From: Octopus vulgaris
Taxonomy: Eukaryota
Length of the DNA stretch: 64,000 nucleotides
Direction of reading: 5' to 3'
Assembly: GCA_951406725.2 (NCBI GenBank)
Contig: OX597835.1
Location: 1,674,001-1,738,000, forward strand
The first letter of the stretch is position 1, and each line of letters opens with the position of its first letter. Shown here one piece after another: positions 13,413-26,545 of this stretch. The position numbers were made by a program, and so were the translations under genes. The notes under the pieces were generated by a model. It was not told the origin of the DNA, ran no database searches, and saw only the letters and a program-made list of their open reading frames with translations.

Positions 13413-13447
<35 letters not shown>

Positions 13448-13494
13448 AATATATATGTATATAAAAATATGTATGCATACATGTGAGTGTACGT

Positions 13495-13540
<46 letters not shown>

Positions 13541-13779
13541 CATGTATGTATATTGAGACATTGGGTTCAGCTGATTGATTACCAAAGTTAGGGCTAAGCA
13601 GAAAAATAATAAACACAGTGAGTCACGCTGGAAAAACCCTGCTTCTTATGAGGGAAGGTTTTGTTTGTAATATTTCATCTTTATTTTCTGATATAATAAT
13701 TGCTTTCCATTTTGTCATGTGAGAGTGATACACAGATTTAATACCTGGGTGCCTTTGCTGTCTTTATTATCTAAGAGAT

Positions 13780-14620
13780 TGGTTTGCTGTCGAAGGCATT
13801 TTGATAATCAAAATGTAATATGCTGAAGTTTTCTTCCCTTTTTCTTTAGTATCCGCCTGGTTGCTTCATGTCATTGAAGCTAATGGTGCTACAAGGCTTT
13901 TGCTTCTGCCATGGTGACTAAATGCTCTCCCTTCTCATTCCACTCTCCAACCCCAAATCTTCCCACACATTGTTCACTTGTCCCTTGCCCACTTCCCATT
14001 GAAGTCTCCCATTACTGTGGTGTATGTTGTGGATTTGATGGTTAGCACTTGTTCCATCTCACCGTAAAATCTTCCACCACATTGTTGGCAGGAGTGTCAA
14101 CCTCAATGATCTTCAAGGTCAACTTTCTGGAGAGTCATACATTTAGCACTCTTATTCTGGATGATACAGGCTGGCAGCAGGCAGTCTTATCAGCCCATTC
14201 CTTGTTGACAATGAACCCAACACCTCTGGATTGCTTGAGGACCTTCTGCATGTCCCAGTCTAACAATGCTTCTATCCTTCCATTTTGCATTTGACTCATT
14301 TCTCTGATGCATTTCTCCAAGTCCCAACTTATTGCACTTGATCCTACTCTTCTCCTCCACCAGATTGTTCAGTCTGGTCCCCTTTGCCAAAGGCCTACTG
14401 TTGTGGGTACATAAGGCAACGTTAGTCCTTTTCTGTGGTGGCTTCCCTGTACCCGAGATTCTTAGCAGCCCCTCACCACTTCGATTGCACTCTGCCACTG
14501 TGGAGCAGTCCAGTTGGCATGCAGAGGACTGAGGCCTATTTCCTAATGTTGTTTTAGTCATTAAGTGACACCACCCTGAGGTCTAAGTGGGCGGGGCATT
14601 CACCTCTTTGGTTTAGTTGG
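13780..14620 (-). mobile_element. RTE-like LINE 5' region / AP-endonuclease remnant
   Basis: Minus-strand peptides CTHNSRPL..., SRGVGFIVNKEW...VSSRI resemble APE motifs (T.N.R.L, GVGF, SRI); frameshifted. Confidence 0.75.
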
Positions 14621-14649
14621 CCTTCAACGTCTGCTCAGTAGACCTTACA

Positions 14650-15865
14650 ACCACTTTAGTGAAAGCAGTCCATCAAGAAGATGGAGAATAGATGCAAGAC
14701 CCCAAAATGAAATTGTCTGCATCCTGACGGACAAATAATGTATATTGCAAGACATCTCAATCAATGCAGGCAGACTTTAGAATATTCACTCTGAGGAATT
14801 TGTTGGAGTGAGCAAAAGAGTACTGGTTGCTTCTGTGCATCGTGTTCCTTGACTGTGAAAAAGTCTCCAACAGTGTCAAGATCAATGGAGTGCTACTTTC
14901 CCACAAGAAGAAAGGTTTTGCGGTGCTGTACATGAACCTTTTTAGGAAAGCAAATTTAGGATGCTTTACGGATGCTTTATGGCCTTGTTATCATCACCTG
15001 GTCAAGAAAGGAATACCATCTCTCTGAAGCTCTTCATGGCCAGTCTTGAAATGGTCATCAGAGACATTGACTGGGATGGTCAATGTCAACGGTGAGTTGC
15101 TCACCCACTTCCAGTTCACAGATGACATAACACTCCTTGCAGAAAGTACCAGGCAGTTACAAACCTTGCTGGAGAAGCTGAGGTTTGGTGGTTGGCCTGA
15201 GGATCAACCATACAAAAATAAAGCACATATAATTTGAAGATGTGACACTTGGTGGTCAAGTTGTGGTTGGAAGCAATGATGAAATTGAGGAGGTCGAAAG
15301 TTATGTGTATCTCAGCCAAGCTACAACCAGGGATGTGACATGAATAACGAGAGTTTCTGGAGAATACAATCAGGCTGGAGAGCACTCAGGATGTACTGAA
15401 AGTGAACCTTGATAAAGCCATTTGCACAAACTTCTTCAGCCGTACAATTGTATCTGCAATGCGCTACGCAAGTGAGGTATGGGTGACGACAAAGAGAGAG
15501 GAACAGCGGTTAATAATGGCACAAAGAGGTATGAAAATGTTGATGCTGGGAATCTCCTTGAGAGATCACATCTGAAATGAGTAGATCAGGGCAAGAACTG
15601 AAGTGAAGGACATTGTTGCTGAATACCATCTGAACAAATTCAGATGGGCCAGACATGTTGATAATTGGTGGACCATGCAGTTGTTGAGTGGTACCTGTGT
15701 GAGCAGAAACGACCCTTGCGAAGGCCACCGCTCAGAGGGATTGACAATATAAAGTGAATAATGATTTTGCAATGGAAAAGGAGGGCATGGTCAAGAACGG
15801 AATAGATGAAATGCTGTGGCCAGCAGATTCAAAGCAACATCCTACAGTCTGGCCGGTCAAGGTAA
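14650..15865 (+). mobile_element. RTE-like LINE reverse transcriptase and 3' remnant (pseudogene)
   Basis: Peptides FLDCEKVSNSV (F.D.EKAFDSV) and VNGELLTHFQFTDDITLLAES (YADD motif), plus a downstream RWARHV-like segment; many stops and frameshifts. Confidence 0.8.
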
Positions 15866-17779
15866 TTGGGACCCCAGTCAGTACTGGCTCACTTATGATA
15901 GATCTATTCGGTGTGGATGTTTTTCAACTATGTAATTTTTCTCTCTATCTTGGCCAGCCGTCTTCTTTGACCCCTTGAAGCCAACCAAAGCTTTGTGAGT
16001 TGGAAACTATGTGTGTGTTTGTGTGTGTTTGTATCTTATTGTTTTGATATCACATGATAGTTGTAAACGTGTGTCATCGGGCAGATGGTATCATTTGTTT
16101 TCAGTCTTCTGTGAAAACTTGTCTAGCCATTGGGGAATATTACCCAGCTTGAGGACAGCTGAGGGTTGGCAACAGGAAGAGCATGTGGCCATACAAAATC
16201 TCTCCCTCAATGAATTTTCATCTGCTCCTCCACAAGCATGGAAAAGTGGATGTTGAAGTAATGATAAGACACACACACGCACACACACTCACACCCATCC
16301 GTGCACCACACATACACACTTAGAGACTGTTATATAACACCATTCATTCAAGCTTCTGTCTCATGTCTACTTGTAACACTTGTATTCTCCCTCTTCTTCC
16401 TTTGTTCTTTCGTATGTTATGTTGGAGTAAAAGCTCAATGGCTGCGTGAGACATTTTGGTAGTCGTTACCAAGTCAAGGGTTTCGCCTTCTGTCAGCCAT
16501 CACCCATCTCACTGAATGTACACTGCAAGATGTAAGGATCACAGTTTTTGCTGGGGTATTAGACGACCCCTTAATTAATTTATGAAGGACTTTTTAAGGT
16601 TAAAAGATTGTGTTATTTGTCATAAATGTTCAGCAGACTCCCCCCCCCATCTTTATACTTCTTTCTGGTCTTTATTCTGTTTCATTTTTCTTTTTTTCTC
16701 TTTCTACTTATGCATTTCTCTCCACTCTCCCTCTCCACTCTCTCTCTCCCTCTCTCTCTGTCATTTTTCTTTTCACTTCTCTCTCTTAATCTGTTTCTTT
16801 CTCTTGAGTTTTCTTTCGTTCTCTCTTCTCTTTCCTTCCCTACAATTTAAGTTGTGATTTCATTGTCGGGCTATGTTATTTATTTGTGCACCTTTAGGCT
16901 TGGATGAGTCCTGGTTCCTGGTCTAGACTGGAGTTTAATAGACTCATTAGTTGCAGTGTGCATGTGTGTGTGTGTGTGTCACATGGGAACGAATAGCAAT
17001 GCAGGTGACAGGATGACGTTTGTCTCCAGTGAACCATTAAAGAGAATTTAAAGTTTTTTCCAATATCCACAGTCGCTTGTTTCCCTCTCAGTCTTCAGTA
17101 TTTCACTCCTACACACTTTACACTTGCTGCACACCTACGTGCTACACACACACACACACATAGAACAATGTACAGATTCTGACAATCTCTCGACATACCA
17201 AGGGAACAGTCTGTTACTATAGCAAACTTCAATTCACTGTCTCTACTGCTACAAGTTTAATCATTTCTAAACATGCAGGCATGTCTACAGTATCTCAGAA
17301 CTCAGCATATCAAGAACACTATCCCTCACACAAGCTAATAAAATGGATGCTGCTACATGGTTGCTCCACCTGCTAGAAATAACAGCTAGATCTTTTCTAA
17401 ATCATAGATTTAGAAGGAGAAAATGCATTAGATAATGTAGCCCTAGACCAGTGATGGTGAACTTGTTTTAGATTTTCATGTTGAAAGATGTATTTATTTT
17501 CAAATTCCTTTTGATGGAGTGTCACTTTGGTGTATTTTAGTTTTACATAAATACTTTTTATTCTTTGACTTGTTTCAGTCATATGACATGCAGTATCTTA
17601 TTCCATCAGTATCTTTTGCCAAACTGCTAAGTTACAGGGATGTAAACATACCAGTATCAGTTGTAAAGCGGTGAGGCAGGGGAGGGCCAAGCACAGACAC
17701 GAAGACACAGTTCTTTATAACCTGATGTTGCAGGGAGATTTTCTCTTTCTATTTTCCATTTCTTTTGTCAAAGTTCAAC

Positions 17780-18125
17780 ATGTGCAGGTGTGGCTGTGTA
17801 GTAAAAAAGGTTTGCTTCCCAACCACATGGTTCTAGGTTCAGTCCCACTGCATGGCTCTTTGGCTAAGTGTCTTCTACTATAGTTACAATCCTTGTGAGT
17901 GGATTTGGTAGATGGACACTAAAAAACGTCCAGCATGTGTGTGTGTGTTTGTCCCCTGTAGCCACTTGACAATTGGTGTTGGTTTGTTTATGTCTCCATA
18001 ACTTAGCAGTCCAGTTAAAGAGACCAATGGAATAAGTACTAGGCTTTAAAATAAAATACTGGTGTCACCTTCAAGGTGGTGCCCCAGTGACTAAAGCAAG
18101 TAAAAAGATAAAAAATAAAAGATGA
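17780..18125 (+). mobile_element. Family A SINE
   Basis: GTGCAGGTGTGGCTGTGTAGTA head, GGTTCAGTCCCACTG, GAATAAGTACTAGG, AAAAGAT tail. Confidence 0.8.
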
Positions 18126-18884
18126 GTCTGGTGATACTGTCGGACCCAAAACAGGACTGAATCTGAAAGCAGAGGGTTGTGAAGTGAACTTCATACTCAC
18201 ACATAAAGTGGATTTATGGCTTATTTCATCAGAGATTCATTTTCCCTCTCTCTCTCTTCGCTGCAAGAATTTGGAATGAGAGAGTTTCTTCATAGTCACC
18301 CAGCCTCAATAAGATTCATGTCTTTCAATTTCTCTTGAAACTAACCAAGAATAAATACTTTTCATAAAATAAAATACAATTAAAAAAAACCCACTTTCTA
18401 TGTATTAGCCATAAGCTGGACTTTGGAACGTAACTGAGCAAAGAAATTTTCTTCCGTAAAAATTATGATGAAAAGTTTTAAATTATGGGTATTTATGGGT
18501 ACAAAGCCACCTCCCAGTAGCAGCATCTTTCCTTTCAGCTCTGCCTCTCTATTCTATGGATCAAAATTCAGCATTTAAGCCAGTTCCTCCTTCCTCCCCG
18601 TCCATTCTTCTTCTTAGTATGTTCTGGAACACAAACTTCTTCATGAATCACAAAAGTTGAATATGAATGCTTTAAAACTGAAGGTGATTTCAAATGGATT
18701 CATATCAAAATAATTTAAGAGGTATTCATGTTTTTCACTGTGCTACCCTGCTATATCGAGTACAGTTTGTTATCATCTCTGGCGTCCTTATCAGACTGTC
18801 AGTTTCTGTTTATCTTGTGTAACATGGAATGTGGAACAAAGTCCCACTTCTGTCTTCATTGACTTTGTGTTGGGTGATTGTTGT

Positions 18885-19150
18885 TGGTGGTGGTGGTGAT
18901 GGTGGTGGTGGTGGTGGTGGTGGTGGTGGTGGTGGTGGTGGTGGTGGTGGTGGTGGTGGTGGTGGTGGTGGTGGTGGTGGTGGTTATGGTAGCAGTATTG
19001 ATTGTGATGATGGTGATGGTGTTAGTGATGATTATGGTAGTAATGGTGGTGGTAGTGTTGATGGTGACAGCGGTTGTAGTTATGATGGTAGTAGTAGTGT
19101 GCTGGTGGTGATGGGGAAGATGGTGGTAGTAATGATGATGATGATGATGA
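18885..19150. repeat. (GGT)n microsatellite grading into (GAT/GGT) low complexity
   Basis: Direct reading. Confidence 0.92.
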
Positions 19151-20506
19151 TGTTGGTATTTGTAAAATGGCAGTGACAACACAAATGATGTTTTCTTGTT
19201 GAAAAAAATTATCTCACAGCAGTTTATCACATTTTTTTGTTTTATTTGAGTGAGATACATGGATGTAAAAGCTAAAATCATCATCATCATCATCATCGTC
19301 ATCATCATTTAACATCCATGTTCCATGCTGGCATGGGTTGGATGGTTTAAGAAGACCTGACGGAGCCAAGGGCTGCGTCATGCTTCAGTGTTTGCTTTGG
19401 CATGGTTTCTAAGGATGCCACGAATGCCCTTCCTAACACCATTGATGCCCTTTCTAATGTCAAGAGTGTCCTTCTTAATGTCAATAAATACTGGTTTCAG
19501 ATTTTGGCACTAGGCCTGCAATTCTGGGGAGGGGGTAAGTCGATTACATCATCCCCAGTGCTCAACTGGTACTTATTTTTATCAACCCTGAAAGGATGAA
19601 AGTTGACCTTAGTAGAATTTGAGTGCAGAATGTAGATGGCTGAAATGCCATTAAGCGTTATGCCTGGCATGCTAATGAATCTTCCAACTCACTGCCTTAA
19701 CACTAATAAATGCAAAAAGCTAAACAATTACACTGGCACACACACACATTCAATGTGTGTCTGCGTAGACACACTTTTCTGGTACATAATGGAGAACCTG
19801 CAGTGAATTTGAACTCAAGACTTATGAGTTTGTACTCATCCCACCTATAAAATGGAGACCACATATTTTAAAATAGTAAGGCAATATAACTCAGGCAGAA
19901 GGGTCAATGCATCTTTCGTTTAATCAACAGACTTTGTTCTCTTATTCCATTCAAGCAGAACTGCCAGGGTCTGGTCAGTGGATGGAAAACCCTGATTCCA
20001 AACCTTCACTGTCTTGTGGCCAAACCCAGTCATGAGAAAGGCTTCGAGAGTAAACCCTAAGAGGAAAAAAAGGACTCAGAGGTCCCAAGACAGTTCAGCA
20101 TCATTCACAACCTTTTTCTAATGATGCCAAATTGTAACGGCTGCACTTTTCCTTTAGATCCATTAGTGACGTGGAGAAGAGGGGGGGATACACTGCATGG
20201 TCTTCCATACCATGCTACCCTTAGATCATATCAAACACACTATATTGGAAATCTAGAACTGGACAGCACTGGGACAGTCCACAAGCATGGATTATGTGGC
20301 AGGAGCTGCCGTTCATGCATTGGACTCTTCAGCCATAGACACTGTTGTTCCAGTGAGGTAGGACAACTAGGATCTTCATCCATGGCTGTTAATGAGAGAG
20401 AGAGACTCCTAATATTTCATATGCAGACCTGATCTCTTCCTCTGTGTAAACAGACTACAAATAATCATGTGGCTCAATGGAATGTTTAATATTTCATTGA
20501 TGTTTA

Positions 20507-20724
20507 GGGTGGTGAGCTGGTAGAATTGTTAGCATGCTGAGCAAAATGCTTAGCGCGGCATTTCATCCATCTTTATTTTCTGAGTTCAGATTCCGCCAGG
20601 GTCGACTTTGCCTGTCATTCTTTCAGGTCAGTGAAATAGGTACCAGTTAGGTACTGAGGTCGATGTAATCAACTTATCCCCTCCCCCAAATCTGCTGGCC
20701 TTGTGTTAAAATTTGAAACCAATA
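20507..20724 (+). mobile_element. Family B SINE, full length (tRNA-like head plus Meta-domain-like core)
   Basis: GGTGAGCTGGTAGAATTGTTAGC head, B-box GAGTTCAGATTCC, core GTCGACTTTGCCTGTCATTCTTTCAGGTC..AAATAGGTACCAG, tail TTTGAAACCAATA. About ten other copies occur in the window. Confidence 0.8.
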
Positions 20725-21274
20725 TTTTATTGATATTTTGCAGAATATCAATCAATTTCATTCATATTAATAACTATATTAATATTTAATATATTACAAC
20801 CATCACCCCTATCCACAAAGCTTAGATTACTTGGCCCTTTTCTTAACAGATGTTCAATCCAGCTATATGGAAGTCAGTAGGCAATCCAATCAAATATATA
20901 TTAATGTAGTAAATGACATATATTCCAAACATTTATCGCTTGTTTTACATATATATATATATATATATCAAGGTCAGTTCTTATTTTTAGCTCTGTGTGC
21001 TAAATTGTCATGTAAAGTATGTCAGGAGAAAAGGAAAACAAGCAACAAAACCAGCAACAAATCTCTGATTGGGTATATTGTTGTTGTATGTAGAGATGAG
21101 GTGAGTGAGAGAGAGAGAGAGAGAGGGGTTTATTGCTGAAAGGTTGTATGTTATCAAAAGATATTGAGTTCAAATTCATAATCTCTTTTGATATATCATG
21201 GTACTTTATAATAAATAAAGCTTGATATAGAATATATTTATGTATAATCTCTCTCTCTCTATATATATATATAA

Positions 21275-21339
<65 letters not shown>

Positions 21340-21844
21340 CGTATTTCGGGATGTTTTTTTAAAAAGATTTTTGGCAAAAAAATTACTATCCTGAAATCAT
21401 GCTAGCATGGAAAATGGACCTTAAAAATGAACATGATGTTTCAACACACGGTTTCTCATCAGGAATCTTGCAACACAAATTCATCAACATAATGTGTGTG
21501 TGTGTAAGGTATATAAGGTATATATATTTATACATCTTATATATAATTATTAATTTTGCCTCTACGGCTTTTACACTCATGGTCACTAACATTATCATAT
21601 TTAGGAATAATAATGTTCTCTTATATTTATATATGTAGAATATGGAGGGTTTAGTTCACTTGTGATCTAAACGAATAGGTATGCTGGGTAGGTGCTGTAG
21701 TAGGTCCACCTTTAGGTTCCAAAATCACTGCTAAGACTGGATCTAGGGATCCATGCTAGGGTTCCATTTTAGCAGGTATATATTATATTATAGGAAAAAT
21801 CAAAACCAAGGAAGAAACAGTATCTCAAGTCATTTATAATAATT

Positions 21845-22445
21845 TAATTTGATGGAGTGGCCACCTTGTTTCCCTGACTTAAACCTGATTGAGGACCCGA
21901 AGAGTCTCCTCAAGAGATGCGTGTACCAAGATGGGCGGCAGTTTTCAAGTAAAATTGCCCTCCGTGATGTTATTTTAGATGCTGCTCAAAGCGTGACACA
22001 AGAAGGTATCACCACCTTGACAAATCCCATGGATCAGCACGTAAGGGAGGTTATTGCATGTGGAGGATCACACATCAAACATTAGGGGCTGTATCACATC
22101 AGAGTCCCATGATTATTTTCATTCGAATGTATTATTATGTTTACCATTAAGTCCTTTATGAATAATTTTTTTTTTTTGTTAAACTTTTACTGTTGAATGA
22201 AATAAACGTTTGTTCTGAGTCAGTCATCATTTTTATTAGAGTTGCCTAAAAACCTGTGACGGAAAATGTTGCCCAATCACGAAAACGGGTGCCATTTGTT
22301 GGCGTCTGTGCTGATCCAATTTATTTGAACAGAATTTGCAAAGATAGGTGTTGCCATCAGTCAGGGGGAAAACAACTGGTTTTGAATGAATATACATTTA
22401 TTTCTTGAGAGAAAGCTGATCTGCCTAATAATGTGGGACACAGTG
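21845..22445 (+). mobile_element. Tc1/mariner 3' remnant (transposase C-terminus plus right TIR)
   Basis: MEWPPCFPDLNLIED (WP.SPDLNPIE motif)...GGSHIKH*; ends in CCTAATAATGTGGGACACAGTG|TA. Confidence 0.8.
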
Positions 22446-22531
22446 TATGTACAACCAGAGATGTACAAATTCATAAATACTCAGTCGTTAGTATTTCAAT
22501 TGTCAAGATATCAGAATAAGATACTCTAAAT

Positions 22532-22798
22532 TAGTGGTTTCCAAAGTAGGTGGTATTGCCCCCCCCCCCCTTGGGTGGGGAGGCATTGAAGAAAAATGGG
22601 GTGATGATGGGGTAACCAAAAGGGGTTGATGGATATAAGGAAACAAACAAAATAATAGGTTAATTGGGTTAAGTTTTATTTGTGAAATACAGTTTTGAAT
22701 TTGCTGCAGAAAGTGGTCTCTGTTTGTAGGGGTGAATAGTGGGTGGGCCCCTAGGAATGTGGCCTGGGTGCCTGCTTGAAATATTTTGGGAACCACTG
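22532..22798. mobile_element. hAT-type (Charlie/MER5-like) MITE
   Basis: Terminal inverted repeats TAGTGGTTTCCAAA / TTTGGGAACCACTG; degenerate 8-bp flanks CTCTAAAT / TTCTAACA. Confidence 0.65.
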
Positions 22799-24857
22799 TT
22801 CTAACATAATAGAATTCAATGAAGACGGTAGAGATATTCTCACAACTGTTTATGACATACTGCCTTTTTTTTTTTTATCTCTATTAGTTTTAATTGATTT
22901 TGTTTTCCATTTCCAGATGAGTAGTGTTGAATAGGTGGCGCTGGGGTGGAATAATTCATTGAATCAACTGAATTAGGTTTTACTTGATGGGTTCAGCTAT
23001 TTCCACTCTGATTCATTAGCTTTGCTAAAATCATTAGGGTTAATCATCAACAGGTGTTTCTGATTACAAAAGAGGAAAATATTTGTGCAAGTCTTACTTT
23101 TTTCCATTTTCTGAGCTGGCAGCGGAAGGCAGCAAGGGGACAAAATTATCAGAGCATCAGAAAAATGCCCTACAATATTTCATCTCGGTCTCTACATTTT
23201 GAATTCAGATCTCACCAAGGTCAATTTTGCTCTCTCGTCCTTCTGCAAGTGTTAAAATAATGGTCGGTCAATAGGGTCAATGATGTTGGGTCATCCTCTT
23301 CCCTTTAAAATTGCTGGCCTTGTGCCAAAATCATAAACTTCTATTTATTTTGCTGTTTGAATTTTATTTTTCAGTTGTGAATAGATGGAATGTAATTTCG
23401 TTGCATAAAGTAAATACAAATAGCGATTAATTGATATATCGATTTGTTAATTGGTTCTGTGTGTGTTAAAGCCTATTCTCAGTAATTAAGATACCAAACT
23501 GCTTGCTAAACGTTATTGACAAGGAAGGCTTTTTTCTTTCTTCTTTTTTTTTTATTTTGTTTTTTTTCTTTCTGTGTAACGTTTGCATGACATGATGTGT
23601 TAAGAAGTGTGACAGCAAGACATGGGTATTGAATATAGAAGATTCCAGTGAGAAAAGAGTTAAGTATTCTCTGTTGGATGTGCAAAGTAATTAGCATGAA
23701 AGGCAGAACGCAAATGCACCAGGAAAGCAGTTAGGCAGAAGAGTCGTGTGCAAGATGTGTAGGAATAGCAGCTGCATTAGTATGCACATGTGATGTGCAG
23801 AATGGATGTGGATGCTGGGTGTAAGACAATGACATATGTTGACGGTAGAAAATATGGCCAAGGAAAATATGGTAGAAATAAAAGTGTTGAAGCCTGTCTT
23901 TTGAGATATTTGACCCCCACAGGCAAGTCGACAAAAAGATTGAGAGAGGATTAGAAGCATCTACTCGGTTTAAGTGCATGCAATTGCACACGTCTAAATA
24001 TGCACGTGCCCCTCCCTCACCCCACATTTTTGTTCCTGTTGGTTTTGAATGGGAGTTGAGCAGAATAAGGTGCTGCACACCAATGCAGTGCAGACTCAGC
24101 TAAACCATGTCTGGAGTGGAAAATAGGCATTATCGATATGATGCTAGAGGCGTTGGCAATGGTGGTGGTGATGATGATGATAGGAATGATAATGGTGGTA
24201 GGGATGATGATGATGATGATGATTGTGTGTGTGAGAATCACAACAAGAGTGGTAAGCAACTGATCAATACTCCTTTACCTGGCTTTCCTTGTGAGAAAAT
24301 TTTCTCCTCTCACCAATGGAAGCTAACTAGACCTTTGATTAATAATTAAAGCATAGTGGAGTGACAGGACAGTTGACTGTCTTTATTTAATGTTTTATTT
24401 TCTATATCTTCATTGTGAATTCATAGAACACTAGGACTATGTTGTATTATTCCTATGGATAATACAATTGTATTGAGGCATGATTCAAGGAACCAAAGTC
24501 CTCTTCAAAAATTCATCAACCTTGTTCATCATCATCATTTTATGTTTGCCTGGATTGAGTAGGTTATCACTTGTTGAGTCACCTCCCCATGGCTCCTTAG
24601 ACTAAGTGCTCATTATGTCATTTGGCTTCTTAATGCCATCCATTTTACAGAGTGTACTAGGTGCATTTTGTGTTTTCTTGTGGCAAAAAAAAGAGGTTGG
24701 ATAGGCCATAATAAAACAAGAACAGTGGGACCTCCTAACCCTTTGCTGTCTCTGCTCATTTAACCAGCCATTGTAAGTGTGAACAGTGGATTAGAAGATT
24801 GTGCGCTTTGTATACAGTAAATGTTAACTTGGAAAGGGAACAACGAAGACAGAAAGG

Positions 24858-26007
24858 CAGAGATGGGCATTGCTAATCGAAAAGTTAACTACGTTAATTT
24901 GTTAACCAAAAAATTAACTTTGTTCAGTGTTAATCCATTAATTCTTTGAAAATGTAACAGAAGTTAACGTTAATCCATTAACATTAACTTTTATTGAAAA
25001 AGGTCATAACTACAGTTTAATATGCCCCCAACTTTGTTGCCTCATAATTTCCAGAAAAATGGATACTTTTTAACGAAACTTTCACCAAATAGTCGCTTAT
25101 ATCCTGTAGATTGAGTGGATTTAAAGATATGTTGAAAAAAAAAAATTTCCGAGGGGTTGGGGAGAGGAGTTTCAGAAAATTCATAGGACCTGACATTTTC
25201 CCCACTCATAACTTTCTGGAAAATAGGTATTTTTTAATGAAATGTTATACAAATATCTTTCAAACAGTGTAGATTATGATTACAAACAAATTTGTAGGCA
25301 AAATGTTTGGAAGGGGGCTGGATGGGGAGAAGAATTTCTGGAAAATGGAGTTTCAGATCAGACAGCACCCATAAGTTGGAATTTCTCTGTTTTGACTGGA
25401 ATTTTTTCCATTGTTTTTCAACAAAGTCTTCATAAAGATAGGATGCACCTTTCCATGAAAAAAAAGATAAAAATTAATTTCTTTTTCACTCCTGCCACCC
25501 CCTTACCACCACAATCTGAAACGATTTTGGTCATTTTATTCTTTCACTACTGTTAGAGAAACATTTTCTGTTTAAAAACAATATTGTTAATAATTTCAGA
25601 GGAAAATATGTGATTTAAGGGAGATCTGGCTGTTGCTTCTAGCACATCCCAAAACCTCCCTCCTCATTTCTCTCTCAATCACACATCTATTCATATTTTT
25701 CAATATTTTTCTCCCTTTAAGCAAATTTTATGGAATGATGGTGTGAAAATAACACACATGTAGCCCCAACCAAACGAAGCTGTGTTATATGTGGAAGAAA
25801 ACAAAAACACCCAACAATGATGCGGACAATATTAAATATGCTAAGACAATCTGAAAACAATAGAAATTTTTAAAGGTTTACCTGTTTTTATGAAATTTTG
25901 GGGTTAATGGATCTGAGTTAACGGAAGCTAAATGTAATGGAAGTTAATTAGTCTGATAATGATATTCAAAGTTAACTTCATTAATTAAGGATTAATGGAT
26001 AGCTCTG
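24858..26007. mobile_element. Putative non-autonomous DNA transposon with GTTAAC-rich subterminal repeats
   Basis: Termini CAGAG.../...CTCTG and clusters of GTTAAC/GTTAAT motifs at both ends; unrelated repeats appear nested inside. Confidence 0.4.
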
Positions 26008-26017
26008 TATATATGTA

Positions 26018-26059
<42 letters not shown>

Positions 26060-26060
<1 letters not shown>

Positions 26061-26545
26061 CATCATCATCATCATCGTTTAACGTCCGTTCTCCATGCTA
26101 GCATGGGTTGGACGGTTCGACCGGGGATCTGGGAAGCCAGAAGGCTGCACCAGGCTCCAGTCTTATCTGGCAATGTTTCTACAGCTGGATGCCCTTCCTA
26201 ACGCCAACCACTCCGTGAGTGTAGTGGGTGCTTTTTACGTGCCACCTGCACAGGTGCCAGGCGAGGCTGGCAACAGCCACGGTCGGATTGGTGTATTTTA
26301 TGTGCCACCGGCACGGAAGCCAGTCGAGGCGCCGCTGGCATCGGCCACGAGTCGGATAGTGCTTTTTATGTACCACCAGACCAGGGATCCTGGCTGGTTC
26401 AATTCGATTTCGATTTCGCTTGCCCCAACATGTCTTCGCAAGCAAAGGGGGTTGGCATGGGTGCCTGTCGTATGGTTGGATTGGTGTATTTTACGTGCCA
26501 CCTGCACAGAAGCCAGTGGAGGCGGCACTGGCATCAGCCACATAT
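26060..26545 (-). mobile_element. Young, CpG-rich SINE-like element with internal ~65-bp repeats
   Basis: (CAT)n tail, GGATGCCCTTCCTAACGCCAACC block, repeated TTTTACGTGCCACC units; an opposite-orientation relative lies at 60830-61230. Confidence 0.75.

Noticed and set aside
18829-19308. Glycine-rich or mucin-like protein
   Set aside because: (GGT)n microsatellite open in several frames on both strands.
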